From Mobula hypostoma (Eukaryota), in NCBI RefSeq assembly GCF_963921235.1, contig NC_086097.1:134542001-134606000 (forward strand): DNA of 64,000 nt, read 5' to 3'. The notes under the pieces are model-generated. The model was given only the letters and a program-made list of their open reading frames with translations. It was not told the origin of the DNA and made no database searches. Within the stretch, counting starts at the first letter, position 1; every line of letters starts with the position of its first letter. A program made the translations under genes and the position numbers. Shown here piece by piece: positions 1 to 12,985 of the stretch.

Positions 1-433
1 ACCCTCCTAACACATTAAATCCTGCACACACAAGATGAATGTCCATCCCAGCACTGGATCTTCGGTATCACACAATACAATACACTATCAACACCAAGAA
101 AGATTTAACTGACTTGGATGACAAGAGATGCTGAGAGAACCTTATTAATTCAATTCCATTAGGAAAAGAGACACAATGGAAAAACTTCAATATCAAACAA
201 AATAGAGGATAAAACATCAGCACCAAAACCACCAGTAAGGCCATCTGATTAGAAATGTCTTCAAGGAAGAAAATAACTGTCAGACTTCTGTTCCATTTTT
301 AATATACATTTAGCAATTCACATTTTAGTAGCATATTTAATATAAAACAGTCTAAGTGCTTTACAGTGGTGTTATCTAACAAAAAATTGACACCATTAGG
401 AGAAATGATCAATGCTTTGAGAACAAAAAATAG

Positions 434-583
434 AGACACAGAAAATGCAAATGAAAATTTAAAAAAGAACAAACTGCTGAAGGAACACAGTAGGTCAAGA
501 AACACCTGTGGAGTTAAAGGTATTGTAGGGTCTCAACCCAAAATGCCAACAATCTCTTCCACAGATGCTACTTGACCCACAGC
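434..583. mobile_element. Inverted (head-to-head) pair of Penelope-like terminal-repeat fragments
   Basis: Minus arm tgctgaaggaacacagtaggtcaagaaacacctgtgga (~434-512) and plus arm agggtctcaacccaaaatg...cacagatgctacttgaccc (~527-583) both match the repeat that follows the GIY-YIG ORF at 49411-50078. Confidence 0.6.
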
Positions 584-584
584 A

Positions 585-950
585 CTGGGGATAATAGAAT
601 AGAGATGCAATAGAATAAATGCAAAAGAATTGAGATAAATGTCTAATACCAGAGGGCATGGCATTTAAGGCAAGAGAGAAGAAAGTCCAAAGCTTTCTTG
701 CAGCACAAGCTTTTTTGTTTTACACAGAGTGGAGGGTGCCTGGAATATCCTGCTGGGCAGGTAGTGGAGGCAGGGACAATGGAGAACTTTAAAAAGCACT
801 TAGGTACGCACATGACTATGCAGAGAATAGAGGGGATATGGACCATGTGCAGGCAAAAGGCATTAGTTTAATTATGTGTCATTAGCTTAATTAGTTCCAT
901 ACAACATGGTGGACTTAAGGGCCTGTTCTTGTGCTGTACTGTTCTATGTT
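585..950 (+). mobile_element. CR1-type LINE 3' end fragment
   Basis: Matches the CR1 3' region seen elsewhere in the window (tttacacagagtgg...gcctggaa...gtagtggaggcagg...aagggcctgttcttgtgctgtactgttctatgtt tail). Confidence 0.7.
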
Positions 951-1394
951 TAGGGAAGGAAAATGTAGAGAAGAAAAATACTGAAATGAAAGCACACACA
1001 ATCATATGAACTAATTCCAATGCCATGTACTGGTTATTACACTTGGCACCACTAACATGCAAGACCACTGAGGATATTTGTCTATAGATTCTCTTTCCAC
1101 TATTCTTGATTTCTAAGCATACATTACCTACTGAGTTAATCTCAGGTAGTCTGTGGCTGAATTATCACTGCTAACTTTGGCTGCAAATGTAGCCTGGATT
1201 CTAGGTAGGTGTAGCTGCTCTTAAACTCCTGGGTCACTTAGAGGTTCACAAGTTGACCCAGGTCACAAGCAGCATTTATCTAAAGGAAATTAGATATTTG
1301 CTAGAAGTAGTACAGTGAAGGTTAACCTGTCTGCTTCCTAAAATAGCCTGTTTGTTGTAACACAAGATTTAGTGGATTAGACTGCTATTCCTCA

Positions 1395-1770
1395 GTGTTT
1401 AGAAAAAATAAGAGGTGACCACATTGAAGCACAGAAAACTCTTAGCGAGCTGGTTTAAAATATAGGGAGGATGATTTCCCCAGCTGAAAATCTAGAATCA
1501 GAGATCACAATTTTATAGTAAGAGCTCAGCAATGTGGTACAGAAATGTGAAATAGCTTCACTCAAAGCATGGCAAATATTTTGAATTTTTTTCCCTAGAA
1601 AGTCACAGAGGTTCATTCCTTCATTGCTTTTAAAACATCATATAGCGTCTAAATATTGGAGATATCAAAAAATATGAAGATATGAAGTAGAAGATCAGAA
1701 ATGTTCTTGCAGGATGGTGGAGTAGGTTGTAGAGGGTGAGCAGATTCCTGCTGCTCCTGCTTATTATGTC
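1395..1770 (+). mobile_element. Old CR1-type LINE 3' fragment
   Basis: Degenerate CR1 ORF2 C-terminus/3'UTR ending in cctgctgctcctgcttattatg. Confidence 0.5.
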
Positions 1771-2164
1771 CTTACAGAAATGGTAAGACATTCAAGTTCC
1801 GCTTGTCATCTTTTTCTTAAGAAAGGACTATGTACAGTGGTATGCAAAAGTTTGGGCACCCCTGGTCAAAATTTCTGTTACTGTAAATAGTTAAGTGAGT
1901 AGAAGATGAACAAATTCCCAAAAGTCATAAAGTTAAAGACAAAACATTCTTTTCAACATTTTAAGCAAGTGTATTATTCTTGTTTTGTACAACTTCAGAG
2001 TGAAAAAAAAGGAAAGGAGCACCATGCAAAAGTTTGGGCACCCCAAGAGATTTGAGCTCTCAGATAACTTCTACCAAGGTCTCAGACCTTAAATAGCTTG
2101 TAAGGGCTATGGCTTGTTCACAATCATCGCTAGGAAAGGCCAGGAGATGCAAATTGCAAAGCTT

Positions 2165-2172
2165 TATAAATA
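2165..2172 (+). promoter_or_regulatory. Putative TATA box of the Tc1 transposase
   Basis: TATAAATA about 40 bp upstream of ATG 2211, which sits in a GCAGCCATGG Kozak context. AATAAA at 3307-3312 lies in the right inverted repeat. Confidence 0.4.
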
Positions 2173-2210
2173 CCCTGACTCCTCAAACCTTGTCCCAACA
2201 ATCAGCAGCC

Positions 2211-3234
2211 ATGGACTCCTCTAAGCAGCTGCCTGGCACTCTGAAAATTAAAATAAACAATGCCCACAAAGCAGGAGAAGGCTATAAGAAGATAGCAAAG
2301 CATTTTCAGGTAGCCGTTTCCTCAGTTTGTAATGTAATTAAGAAATGGTAGATAACAGGAACGGTGGAGGTCAAGTTGAGGTCTGGAAGACCAAGAAAAC
2401 TTTCCGAGAGAACTGCTCGTAAGATTGCTAGAAAGGCAAATCAAAACCCCCGTTTGACTGCAAAAGACCTTCAGGAAGATTTAGCAGACTCTGGAGTGGT
2501 GGTGCACTGTTCTACTGTGCAGTGACACCTGCACAAATATGACCTTCATGGAAGAGCCATCAGAAGAAAACCTTTCCTGCATCCTCACCACAAAATTCAG
2601 CCTCAGAAGTTTGCAAAGGAACATCTAAACAAGCCTGATGCATTTTTGGAAACAAATCCTGTGGACTGATGAAGTTAAAATAGAACTTTTTGGCCACAAT
2701 AAGCAAAGGTATGTTTGGAGAAAAAAGGGTGCAGAATTTCATAAAAAGAACACCTCTCCAACTGTTAAGCACGGGGGTAGATCGATCATGCTTTGGGCTT
2801 ATGTTGCAGCTAGTGGCACGGGGAACATTTCACTGGTAGAGGGAAGAATGAATTCAATTAAATACCAGCAAATTCTGGAAGCAAACATCACACCAGCTGT
2901 AAAAAAGCTGAAGATGAAAAGGGGATGGCTTCTACAACAGGATAATGATCCTAAACACACCACAAAATCCACAATGGACTACCTCAAGAGGCGCAAGCTG
3001 AAGGTTTTGCCATGGCCCTCTCAGTCCCCCAACCTAAACATCATCGAAAATCTGTGGATAGACCTCAAAAGGACAGTGCATGCAAGACGGCCCAAGAATC
3101 TCACAGAACTAGAAGCCTTTTGCAAGGAAGAATGGGCAAAAAAACCCCAAACAAGAATTGAAAGACTCTTAGCTGGCTACAGGAAGTGTTTACAAACTGT
3201 GATACTTGCCAAAGGGGGTGTTACTAAGTACTGA
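2211..3234 (+). pseudogene. Tc1 DD34E transposase pseudogene (340 aa when repaired)
   Basis: Paired-like HTH MDSSKQL...GYKKIAKHFQV, then GRPRK, WTDE, KHGG, QDNDPKH-34aa-E and WPSQSPNLNIIENLW. Disrupted by TAG 2349-2351, TGA 2523-2525 and a +1 T in the run at 2643-2647. Confidence 0.95.
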
Positions 3235-6200
3235 CCATGCAGGGTGCCCAGACTTTTGCTTCAGGCACTTTTCTTTTTTTGTTATTTTGAAACTGTAAAA
3301 GATGGAAATAAAAAAGTAATCTTGTTTAAAATATTAAAGAAATGTGTCATCTTTAACTTTATACCTTTTGGAAATCAGGTCATCTTTTACTCGCTTAGCT
3401 ATTCACAGTAACAGAAACTTTGACCAGAGGTGCCCAAACTTTTGCATACCACTGTATAATTATTTTGCAATTAACTATCAGAACCCATTCTTTATCTGTT
3501 CCCAGTGCAACAGATATTCCCTTGATGTCAGTGCCCTGTGCTAGTTGACTATACATGTATGTCAAGAAATCAGTTTGTTTACAGTTCACGCAACTACTTT
3601 GAGTTTGAGTTTAATCTTGCTCTAACATTCTCAGTAAGAATGAGTTCTGGCTACATTGGAAAGAATGGCTTCAAGTCATGTTTTGAGTGTCACTGCTCCT
3701 AATTGTGAAATAGAAAGGAGCTTATAAGCAAAAAGAACTATGGAGGACTATGTGAATGATCATTAAAATCTCTTGACATTGCTGTAACAGACAAAGTATT
3801 GATAATGTAATGCAAACCACAGCTGGCTGTTCTTGAGTTTTTCATGACTACCAGGCACAGACATTGAAAACTGAGTACTCAGCTCAGGCTTTGACATTAG
3901 AAATACTGAAATATGCTTTTACCTCATTTTCTTACAAATGTATACTGCAAGTTTCTTCCTTTGTAGTAGGTGTTCAGATTGTTGGAGAAACTAGTATGGT
4001 GGCTGCTATGAATTTCATAAAACACTTCAGAAGGATTTGATTGACTCTCCTGCCTTGTTTATTGCAAGATTTTGCAAACCTCCCATGCTTGATTTGCTTT
4101 CCTCATACATCCCTAAAGGCTCATCACTGGAATCTTATCCACCCAATTCCTTATTTTGTCCTGATTACATTCCCCTACAAACTGTTTAGTTGCAATTTCG
4201 TGCTGTTTAATGAATTCAAAGCCTAAGCCAATCAGCTACAGGCCATCTGCATTGATCATGGATGATACAACCAGATAAAACATATCAGACACAACACAAA
4301 GCTTACATGCAGCAGTAAGTGATACAATTCAAAATTCTCATGTACATCACAAAGCAAAACAAAGAAATTGCAGTCAGAAATAATTAGCAGAAAAATAAAA
4401 CAATTCCCCTTCTTACAAGAAGAAAAAATGCACAAACTATTGGTAAAATATCCCATTGATTCAGAATGAAAATTAATCAATTATGATGTTTTTATTCTGC
4501 TGTTTTAAAATATTTAAAAAAGAAAAAAATTAATCTTCAGTCATTTTGAGGTCAATGGAATCATCTAGGAAGTGGGTTAGAACACAGTACCATTAATGTA
4601 TTACACCAGCACCACTAAAGAAAGTAAACAAGGTCCTCATTTTAAATCTGTTCAGAAAGACTGCAATAGTCCTTGCTACTGGCACTGAAATCACAGTATC
4701 AAGTTGAGAACAAAATCTTGGTTATGTAATAATAAGGGAAGTCTGCACTCCGAGGAAGCACCAACCAAATGAGAAAAAACAAAGGCCACATTTGTCCTTT
4801 TAGGTGGTACAAACAACCGTAAGATACCACTGTTGATGCTTGTCGCTGTGAGCTTGTGGTTTTACAGAGCATTATAGGGATCAATATCCATTGGTGAGCT
4901 GTTCTGAGGAAGCAAACAATAATTTGAGATAATAAGCTATAGACCTTTTGCGTAATTCTGTTTAGTGGTGTTGAGGACAGTCATCTGGACAAGTGGTACT
5001 TTGTCCATCCAAGCCAAGTGCCTGCCCCTCGGTCTGTGCCCAAGTATCCAAGTCCAAGAAGAGGGAAATATGGTGTCACCTGGCTCTCTGAAGGCCTCAT
5101 AGAATAGATGGGTACAACAGGGGCCAGGGCTCATTCTGGAAAGCAAGGGTCTCATTATAAACTGAAATTGTTCTAACCATTGTAAGTAAGTAAATAACGT
5201 TACTTTTCACAGAGAAGGCCTGCCTGCCACTGCACAAAAGTTAAGCAAAAAATCTCTCTAAAATCTTTTTAAACTACATAAACTATTTACTACAAGTTTA
5301 TAAATGGATATCCTAAAGGAGTTACATTATTGGGTAAGGAAATGTTGACATGTACCTTCAGTATTTATGTATTTTAGGATCTTTCTGGATCGAGTGAAGT
5401 TTGGAAGGAAGTCTGAATCAGCGGCACAGCGTGGTGTCTCTTTGCAAGAGGTTCTCAGCAGATCTATTCATTACAACTATTATAATCATTCTATTGTTTC
5501 AAATCTCAATTCTAAGACTGCAAGAATTACTGACAGCATTCGCTTAAATTTGCTGACAGGTCTGGCAATCTTCCGAACACCTGGAATGAACTGATCTCCT
5601 AACCCAACTCCAGGATCTGAATGCAGCCAATGAGTGAGGCTAGAACAGCCCTTAACTTCTAGAGTGACTGACTATACATACACACTAAAGGTGGATCTTG
5701 ATTTCCCAATCTACCTCAGCACAGCCCTTACATCTTATTGTCTACTTGCACTGTACTTTGTAATTGTAATACCACATTCTTCATTCTGATTTTCTTATTT
5801 TGTACTACCTCGATTTACATATGGTATGGCATGATCTGTCTGTAGAGCATGCAAACAAAGGCTTTTCACTGTATCTCAGTATATGAAATAATAGTAAACA
5901 ATTACCAAGTACCTTATGGCAATACTAAGGCATATGGAAAAGGATCTGAGATATTCCTTTCAAGTTGGCTGGCTACTTACAAAGTAAAGCTTTTAGAAAT
6001 GCCTGACACTTATAATAGGCATTTGCAGCCTTCTGAGAGTTTCAGCTTTTTAGAAGAAATAGCCATCTATACTCACCAGTTTTGTAAGCATTATTTCCCA
6101 GAAAAATCTTCCTAATACATACCCACAGCAGAAAAAAATATTGGGAAAAGGATTAAGGCAGCAACTGGAGAGACTGATGGTATTATAAATTAGTGTGCCA

Positions 6201-6859
6201 ATAACATTGCTGTCATTAACTCTCTGTTGCTTCAACAGACCTGTGTACTTCTAAATTAACTTTGAATCATTGTTGGTGCTTATTTACTTTTCTAATTTTA
6301 TTTATGTAGCTATTGCACTTAAATCTCATTTGATTGAACATTGTTTCTAGAACACAACAGGGATCACCAGATAGTTAATTCCCTTCCCTTCTAGTTCATC
6401 AGTACGGAAATCTAGAAATCAGTCCTGGCCACATGCACACGATCACCATCAATATGAGATCAACGGGTTGTGCAGATATGCTAGGGTGTGCAGCCGCACA
6501 GATCACAAACGTAATTTAACTTCACAGAACATTCCTCCTCATAATGAAGCTCCTAATTTCAGATAACGATTCCGCTTCTCCCACATTCAGACTGATTTGT
6601 TTATCTTCCTGCAGTCCATTTTTGACTTGTGGCAACATTATGTCTTTTAATCTCTTTGTAATCACAGACCTTCTCTTGTTTTCAACTCTCTTATTTTTCT
6701 TATCTATTATCACCCAGCTGCGATGAAAGTCGTGAACTTGAAATATTACGTCAGCTTCTCTCTCCACAGATGGTGCCTGACCTGTTGAATTTTTTTTCTA
6801 TTTCTGTGTCTAATTAAGTAGCAAGAACAAATTTTATAAGGCTTAGTTTTATTCTCTTA

Positions 6860-8030
6860 GTTATCATACATAGAACACTGGTGTGACCATACCTGGAGTA
6901 TTGTGTGTATTTCCAGGTGCCATTATATAGAAAAGAAGTCATTAAACTAAAGAGGGTGCAGAAAAATTCACAAAGATGTTGCTGGGACTGAAGGGCTTGA
7001 ATTAGGGGGAAATTGGTTTTCGTTACAGTTGCACCATAAATAATAAATAGTAATAACACCATAAATAGTTAAATAGTAATATGTAAATTATGCCAGGAAA
7101 TAAGTCCAGGACTAGCCTATTGGCTCAGGGTGTCTGACCCTCCAAGGGAGGAGTTGGAAAGTTTGATGGCCACAGGCAGGAATGACTTCCTATGACGCTC
7201 TGTGTTGCATCTCGGTGGAATGAGTCTCTGGCTAAATGTACTCCTGTGCCCAACCAGTACATTATGTAGCGGATGGGAGACATTGTCCAAGATGGCATGC
7301 AACTTGGACAGCATCCTCTTTTCAGACACCGCCGTCAGAGAGTCCAGTTCCATCCCCACAACATCACTGGCCTTACGAATGAGTTTGTTGATTCTGTTGG
7401 TATCTGCTACCCTCAGCCTGCTGCCCCAGCACACAACAGCAAACATGATAGCACTGGCCACCACAGACTCATAGAACATCCTCAGCATCGTCCGACAGAT
7501 GTTAAAGGACCTCAGTCTCCTCAGGAAATAGAGACGGCTCTGATCCTTCTTGTAGACAGCCTCAGTGTTCTTTGACCAGTCCAGTTTATTGTCAATTCAT
7601 ATCCCCAGGTATTTGTAATCCTCCACCATGTCCACCCTGAACCCCTGGATGGAAACAGGGGTCACCGGTACCTTAGCTCTCCTCAGGTCTACCACCAGCT
7701 CCTTTGTCTTTTTCACATTAAGCTGCAGATAATTCTGCTCACACCATATGACAAAGTTCCCTACCGTAGCCCCATATTCAGCCTCATCTCCCTTGCTGAT
7801 GCATCCAACTATGGCAGAGTCATCAGGGAACTTCTGAAGATGACAAGACTCTGTGCAATAGTTGAAGTCCGAGGTGTAAATGGTGAAGAGAAAGGGAGAT
7901 TGGATAGTTTAGGTTGGTCCTTCATAGAGCAAAGGAAGAAGAGTGCTAGCACGAGAGTTCAGAAGTCATGAGGAACAGGGATAGGATGAATGGTCACACT
8001 CTTTTTTTCCCAGTGGAGTAATTACAGGTA
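6860..8030 (+). mobile_element. CR1-type LINE 3' fragment split by a Rex1/Babar insertion
   Basis: cctggagtattgtgtg...agagggtgcagaaaaattcacaaagatgttgctgggactg stops at ~7003 and resumes collinearly at ~7893 (gggagattggatagtttagg). Confidence 0.65.
7004..7895 (-). mobile_element. Rex1/Babar-type LINE, 5'-truncated RT C-terminal part
   Basis: Minus-strand translation LQKFPDDSAIVGCI...LQLNVKKTKELVVD, and ORF 7117-7488 (MFYESVVASAIMFAVVCWG...SFLPVAIKL). Confidence 0.88.
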
Positions 8031-8244
8031 ATTGGGAGAAAGGTTGCCAAAGGATATGGCAGAATACATAGCAGTAGAAAACGTGAGATGACTAATGGCA
8101 GACCAGACATCAGGAAAGGGCAATGGTGGTGACATCAACTTCATTACAAACTCATCGCGGTGCTTGGATGTACTGGTATTTACTCACTGTTGTTCTCTTA
8201 ATCCAAAAATTGGCTTACTCTGTTGCCTTTCACATCCTTGTTAG

Positions 8245-8780
8245 AATCTTCAATTGGGCTACCTTGAAGTCTCTTCCCAACAACCTCACAGCATTACCTG
8301 CAGCACCAGAAGACCCAACACACTCAACTGCTGCTACACTACCATCAACAATGTTCCATCTCTCGACTGCATTTCCTACCTGCAGACTAAAGAGCAAGGC
8401 ACCAAGGTAAGGACAACAAAGAGGTGGTCACAGGAGGCAGAGGAATGGCTATGGGATTGCTTCGCGTCAGTGGACTGGGACATGTTCAAGGACTCATCAG
8501 TAGACCTGAATGAATACACCATGGTTTCCATAGATTTCATAAAGATAAGTGTAGTTGAGTGTGTAGCTACAAAATCTTTCAAAGTTCTCCCACTGGAAAC
8601 TCAATATGAACTAAAAAATTTGCAATCTGCTTTAGACTAGATCAGTAGCATTTAGGACAGGCAAACCAAGAAAGTACGAGATCTACAGGTGTAAACTCCA
8701 AAAGGCCATCCCCCGTGCCAAATGGCAATTCCGAACTAGACTTGAATCACGTGGGGATGCCTGACAATTTTAGCAGGACT
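8245..8780 (+). mobile_element. Rex1/Babar-type LINE fragment (endonuclease end and linker)
   Basis: ORF 8254-8640: ITCSTRRPNTLNCCYTTI...RWSQEAEEWLWDCFASVDWDMF. Confidence 0.75.
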
Positions 8781-9279
8781 TAGAACAGAACAGTACATAG
8801 AACACTGCAGATAACACAGGACACAGACACTTCAGCCCACAATACTAATTAAATTAGTAATCCAATCTCTCTCCAAGTAAACCCGTCGTTTCTGCTATCA
8901 ATGTCCATATCCTTCCATTTATCTCACATTAACGTGCCCACCTAAACGTCTCTTGAGAGTCTCCAATGTATCTGCCTCTACCAGCATCGTGGCTGTGCAT
9001 TCCAGGCACCTACCATTCTCTGTGTTAAAAACTTGCTCCTCATCTCTCCTTTGAAACAACCCCTCTCACCTTAAATTCAACCCCTCTGGTATTAAATATT
9101 TCAACCCGAAGAAAAAGATGCTGTCTGCCTACTCTCTCTGTGCCTCTCATGATGTCCCATGATTAGGGTCAGACTAAATCAAGGGACTGCTGAGCAGCAC
9201 AGCTCAAAGACCCAGAAGGGCCTATTCCGTGCTATATCTCAATAAATAAGTTTTTCAAAACACACTCAGCCACTGATTC

Positions 9280-9565
9280 CTACCATCAGGAATGCCTACC
9301 ATTCCAGAACTAGACCACATGTTGGGAAATCAGATCATCAGTCTGTCTTCCTCCCACCTGCATACAGGGAGTTGCTAAAGAACGAGACTCCAGAAGCAAG
9401 GACAGCAAAGCTGTGGTTGCAGGAGACAGAGGAGCAGCTACGGGATTGATTCGAGTTGGTGAACTGGGCCATGTTCTAGGACTCAAGAGGACCCGAATGA
9501 ATATGCTATGACAGCTTCATAAGTTGTCACAGACTTTATGAAGACACTCGTGGACAAGTGTGTAC
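9280..9565 (+). mobile_element. Second Rex1/Babar-type endonuclease/linker fragment
   Basis: Translates TIRNAY...PHVGKSDHQSVFLPPAY...WLQETEEQLRD*FELVNWAMF, which includes the APE-type SDH motif. Confidence 0.72.
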
Positions 9566-9599
9566 TTTAATCATAAATTTACTTTGAACTTTGATAAAA

Positions 9600-10125
9600 G
9601 TTGGCAAGTCATGTTGCAGCTATCTGAAACTTTGGTCAGGCCACATTTGGAGTATTGTGTCCAGTTCTAGTCACCACATTACAAGATGAATGTGGAAGCT
9701 TTGGTGCGGGTGCAGAAGAGGTTGTTGCCCAGATTAGAGAGTATTATATAAAGAACTTTTTGGAGAAACCTGGATTATTTTCACTGGAGAGTCAGGGTCT
9801 GACAGATGACCTGACAGAACTGTACGATGAGAGGAATAAATAGGGTAGATGGTCAAAGTAATCTTTCCCAAGATGAAAATGTCAAGTACTAGAGGATGTA
9901 GGATAAAGTAAGATGGGGGGAAAACTTATTCGGAAAGTTTTTTTTAAAAAACACAATGAGTGCCTGGAATGTCTTACCAGAGAAAATGGTAGAAGCAAAT
10001 AGATAATGCTTAAGTGGCACTTAGACAGACACATGAACAAGCAAGGGATCGAGGGATATGGATCTCGTGCAAGCAAGTAAGATTAAAGTGGGTCGAAGGG
10101 CTCATTCATATGCAGTTCGATGTTT
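9600..10125 (+). mobile_element. CR1-type LINE 3' fragment
   Basis: ttggtcaggccacatttggagtattgtgtccagttct (LVRPHLEYCVQF) followed by CR1 3'UTR. Confidence 0.75.
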
Positions 10126-11799
10126 AGATATTCCCAATGATTTTTTTCCCCTGTCGGTACATCATATGGCTAGAGGGCAGGATGGGTGGTAGGAAGCACT
10201 AGTCACAGTGCTCCAGGATAATGTGTGGAGCCAACTTGATGCACCAGCTGTTTTTTTTTTGCAGCCTGTGATTTTCAAATCAATAATAAAAATGCACCAG
10301 AAAGCAACATTATAAAAGCCAATCAAATTCCATGTAAAATTCCATAAGTGCATAATAATTATCACATTTACAAAGCTGACATTCTTGCTAAAATTCCCAT
10401 GTGTAAGCTGGGAGATATCTTGTGAGAAAGAGAGGGAAAGAGAAAATGAAAAGAAAATGGAGAAAGAATAAGAGAGCAGAGCATTAGAAAATGGAGGGGG
10501 GAAAGGGTGAAAGACAGGGACAAAGGAATCTAAGAGAAAAGCAAAAGAGACTGCAAAAATTTCTAAAAAGTCAGTCTAAGAGGTTAACATTAAAAATCAT
10601 GAGAGAAGAGCATAAATGAATTAACATTCCATGCAAAATGTAAGCGTACAACAACCAGAAAGCTTTGGAACCTCAGGCCCCAGAATATATTGCTCTCTTT
10701 CACTCTGCATTATTTTGCAGGAAGAAAATGGACTGAGATAGAAGCTATTTTGCATGGAACAATGACTATGGCTAACAAATGAGAGTTCTGGAGGCTGGAT
10801 GATAGCCCCCTGCCTCATCTGCCACCCCTCATGACTACAGCCACCTGCTGTTTTATTGTCACAGCTGGAGCAGGTTCACACTTCTCAGTGCAGAGTTCTG
10901 CCCATGAGCTGAAATCTCTCTGCTCGGCTCATTGCTTTGATGAACTTTTTATGGTCAGCACCCATGAAGACCTCATCTAGGACTGCAACCTCGACTAGCT
11001 TCAGGGGAGTTCTTAAGAGCTGTGGAGAGGTGATGATAAAAACTGACACTTAGCCAGTTGCTACGTGACAATTATTGGAAAAGCCATCAGTACAACAGCA
11101 GTCTCTGGCTATACAAACCTCCTTCAACAGGTATATGTCAGACAGAAAATCTGTTGTACTCCTCATATTAACAATTGCTCAAATCAAACACCTAATACTG
11201 TAGTTTAATTTTTTTTTTTACCTATTACTTATTTGTTTATTTGTCTCATTCTCTATAGGATTATTTATCATAATTTTGCCTCTGATATTATTGAAAGTCT
11301 TAGGACTTTTCCAATCACAGCATAAGAGCCTGTTTACCAGCTGCACATTTTATTATGTTGCTTACCAAAATTATATGTGAGTTAATAGTAAAAGTTAAAA
11401 TCGGCTGGTATTGGACATGATGGAGAGCTGTTCACTCTTCTCAAAAGTCACAAGTCTGTGTCCCAACAAGGCCATGGGAATAATCAGCTTTTGCTTCAAC
11501 TTCCATCCATTCATACCTAGCAGTGTAACGGAGGTTGTATTACCTCAGTAGAATAGAACAGTCTGCCTGCATCACCTATAAATACACAGATAGGGTGGAG
11601 GTTCTCCCACCTAAATCCGTGCTTTCCAGATTCAAATTATCCAAAACAGTCCCACAGCAGTACTTAGAGGAACAGCACAGGTAGAGGAATCATCGTTAAG
11701 AAGGTGGTTATAAAACAATCCATAAAACAACTCAAAATGGAAAAAAAAGATAAATGCTCTACAGTATATTTATCCCTTAGACGTTACTGAAAGAAATTT

Positions 11800-11950
11800 A
11801 ACACAAAAAGCTGGGAAAACTCAGCAGGTCAGGAAACGGAGAATCGATGTTTGGAAAGTGGAAGGGCCTTGATCCAAAATGTTCTCTCTCCATTTCCTTT
11901 CATAGATGCTCCCTGACCCACCAAGTCCCTCCAGCAATTTTTGTGCATTG
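11800..11950. mobile_element. Inverted pair of Penelope-like terminal repeats
   Basis: acacaaaaagctgggaaaactcagcaggtcagg (minus) facing catagatgctccctgacccaccaagtccctccagc (plus). Confidence 0.6.
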
Positions 11951-12456
11951 TCAGTTTGAGATTACTATGGAATAAATACACTGGAGAAAACATCTTCTTT
12001 TGATTCTTAGTTGTTCTATGATATTGCTTGATAACCATGTCAATTCCCTCCATTCATTTCTTCCAGTATTTTGTGTGTTGCTCCAGATTCTGCAAATCTC
12101 TTCTAGTTTCCAGCACTAAAAGACAGAAAGGCCTACCACTAGTGTTGTTTGCGATAGACTACTATGCACAAGGGGACTGTCACATTCCCTACAACACTTC
12201 AGATTAGTTCATGGGCAGTGGAGTATATTCTGCGAGTGCCAATGGCGTTATATAAATACAAATCTATAAATATAGATTACCAACTCCACTGGTTAATAAT
12301 TGACCAACATGGGTAACATTGCCAAAGAAGTTTAGAACCCAGCTTTTCTTATTCTTTGAACTGCAAATGGAGAAAATAGATCTTCCCCCCATTCTCCTGG
12401 AAAAATATCATTTGAAGGACAACTGAATGGAGAGGTACTTTGAATGAATGTATACA

Positions 12457-12690
12457 AGAGATTTTGCAAATGCTGGAAGTCTTGAGCGAAACACACAGAA
12501 TGCTGAAGGAGCTCAGCAAGTTAGGAAGCACCTTTGGAGGCAAATAAACAGTCAGCATTCCCTGGGCTTCTGCCCCATTCCTTTCCAGTCCTGATAAAGG
12601 GTCTCAGCCTGAAATGTCGACCATTTGCTTCCCTCCATAGTTGCTTCCTGACCTGCAGAGCTCCTCCAGCATTTTGTGCTTGTTGCCTGA
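12457..12690. mobile_element. Inverted pair of Penelope-like terminal repeats with decayed hammerhead motif (12587-12622)
   Basis: Minus arm 12457-12560. Plus arm AGTC CTGATAA A GGG TCTCAG CCT GAAA TGTC GACC ... ctccagcattttgtg. Confidence 0.72.
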
Positions 12691-12864
12691 TGAATGCAAC
12701 TGGCATGTATTCCAAAATTTATGCTGGACTTCCCTGAAAATCTCACTAGTGTTTTGGAGCAACTTGAGAGTCAATTTAGAACATAGAACACAGAAAGAGT
12801 ACAAGACCTCGGCCCACGAAATCTGTGCTGAACTCAATGTCAAATCAAACTAAATCTATTCTGG

Positions 12865-12985
12865 TGTCTTCTTTCTTACTTTCCAGTCCTGAAGGAGCGT
12901 CTTGGCCTGAAGCATCAACTGTTTATTCATTTCCATAGATGCTGCCAGACTTGCTGAGTTCTTCCAGCATTTTATGTGTGTCACT
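12865..12985 (+). mobile_element. Penelope-like terminal repeat with decayed hammerhead motif, inside a minus-strand CR1 3' fragment (~12780-13370)
   Basis: AGTC CTGAAGG A GCG TCTTGG CCT GAAG CATC AACT (12885-12920), then catagatgctgccagacttgctgagttcttccagcatttt. Confidence 0.65.

Larger units (their letters stand above)
1835..3454 (+). mobile_element. Full-length Tc1-family DNA transposon, IR/DR type (1620 bp)
   Basis: TA target duplication at 1833-1834 and 3455-3456. Termini CAGTGGTATGCAAAAGTTTGGGCACC and their reverse complement. Imperfect inverted repeats of ~210 bp, each with an inner direct repeat (~2021-2044 and ~3241-3264). Transposase lies between them. Confidence 0.97.
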
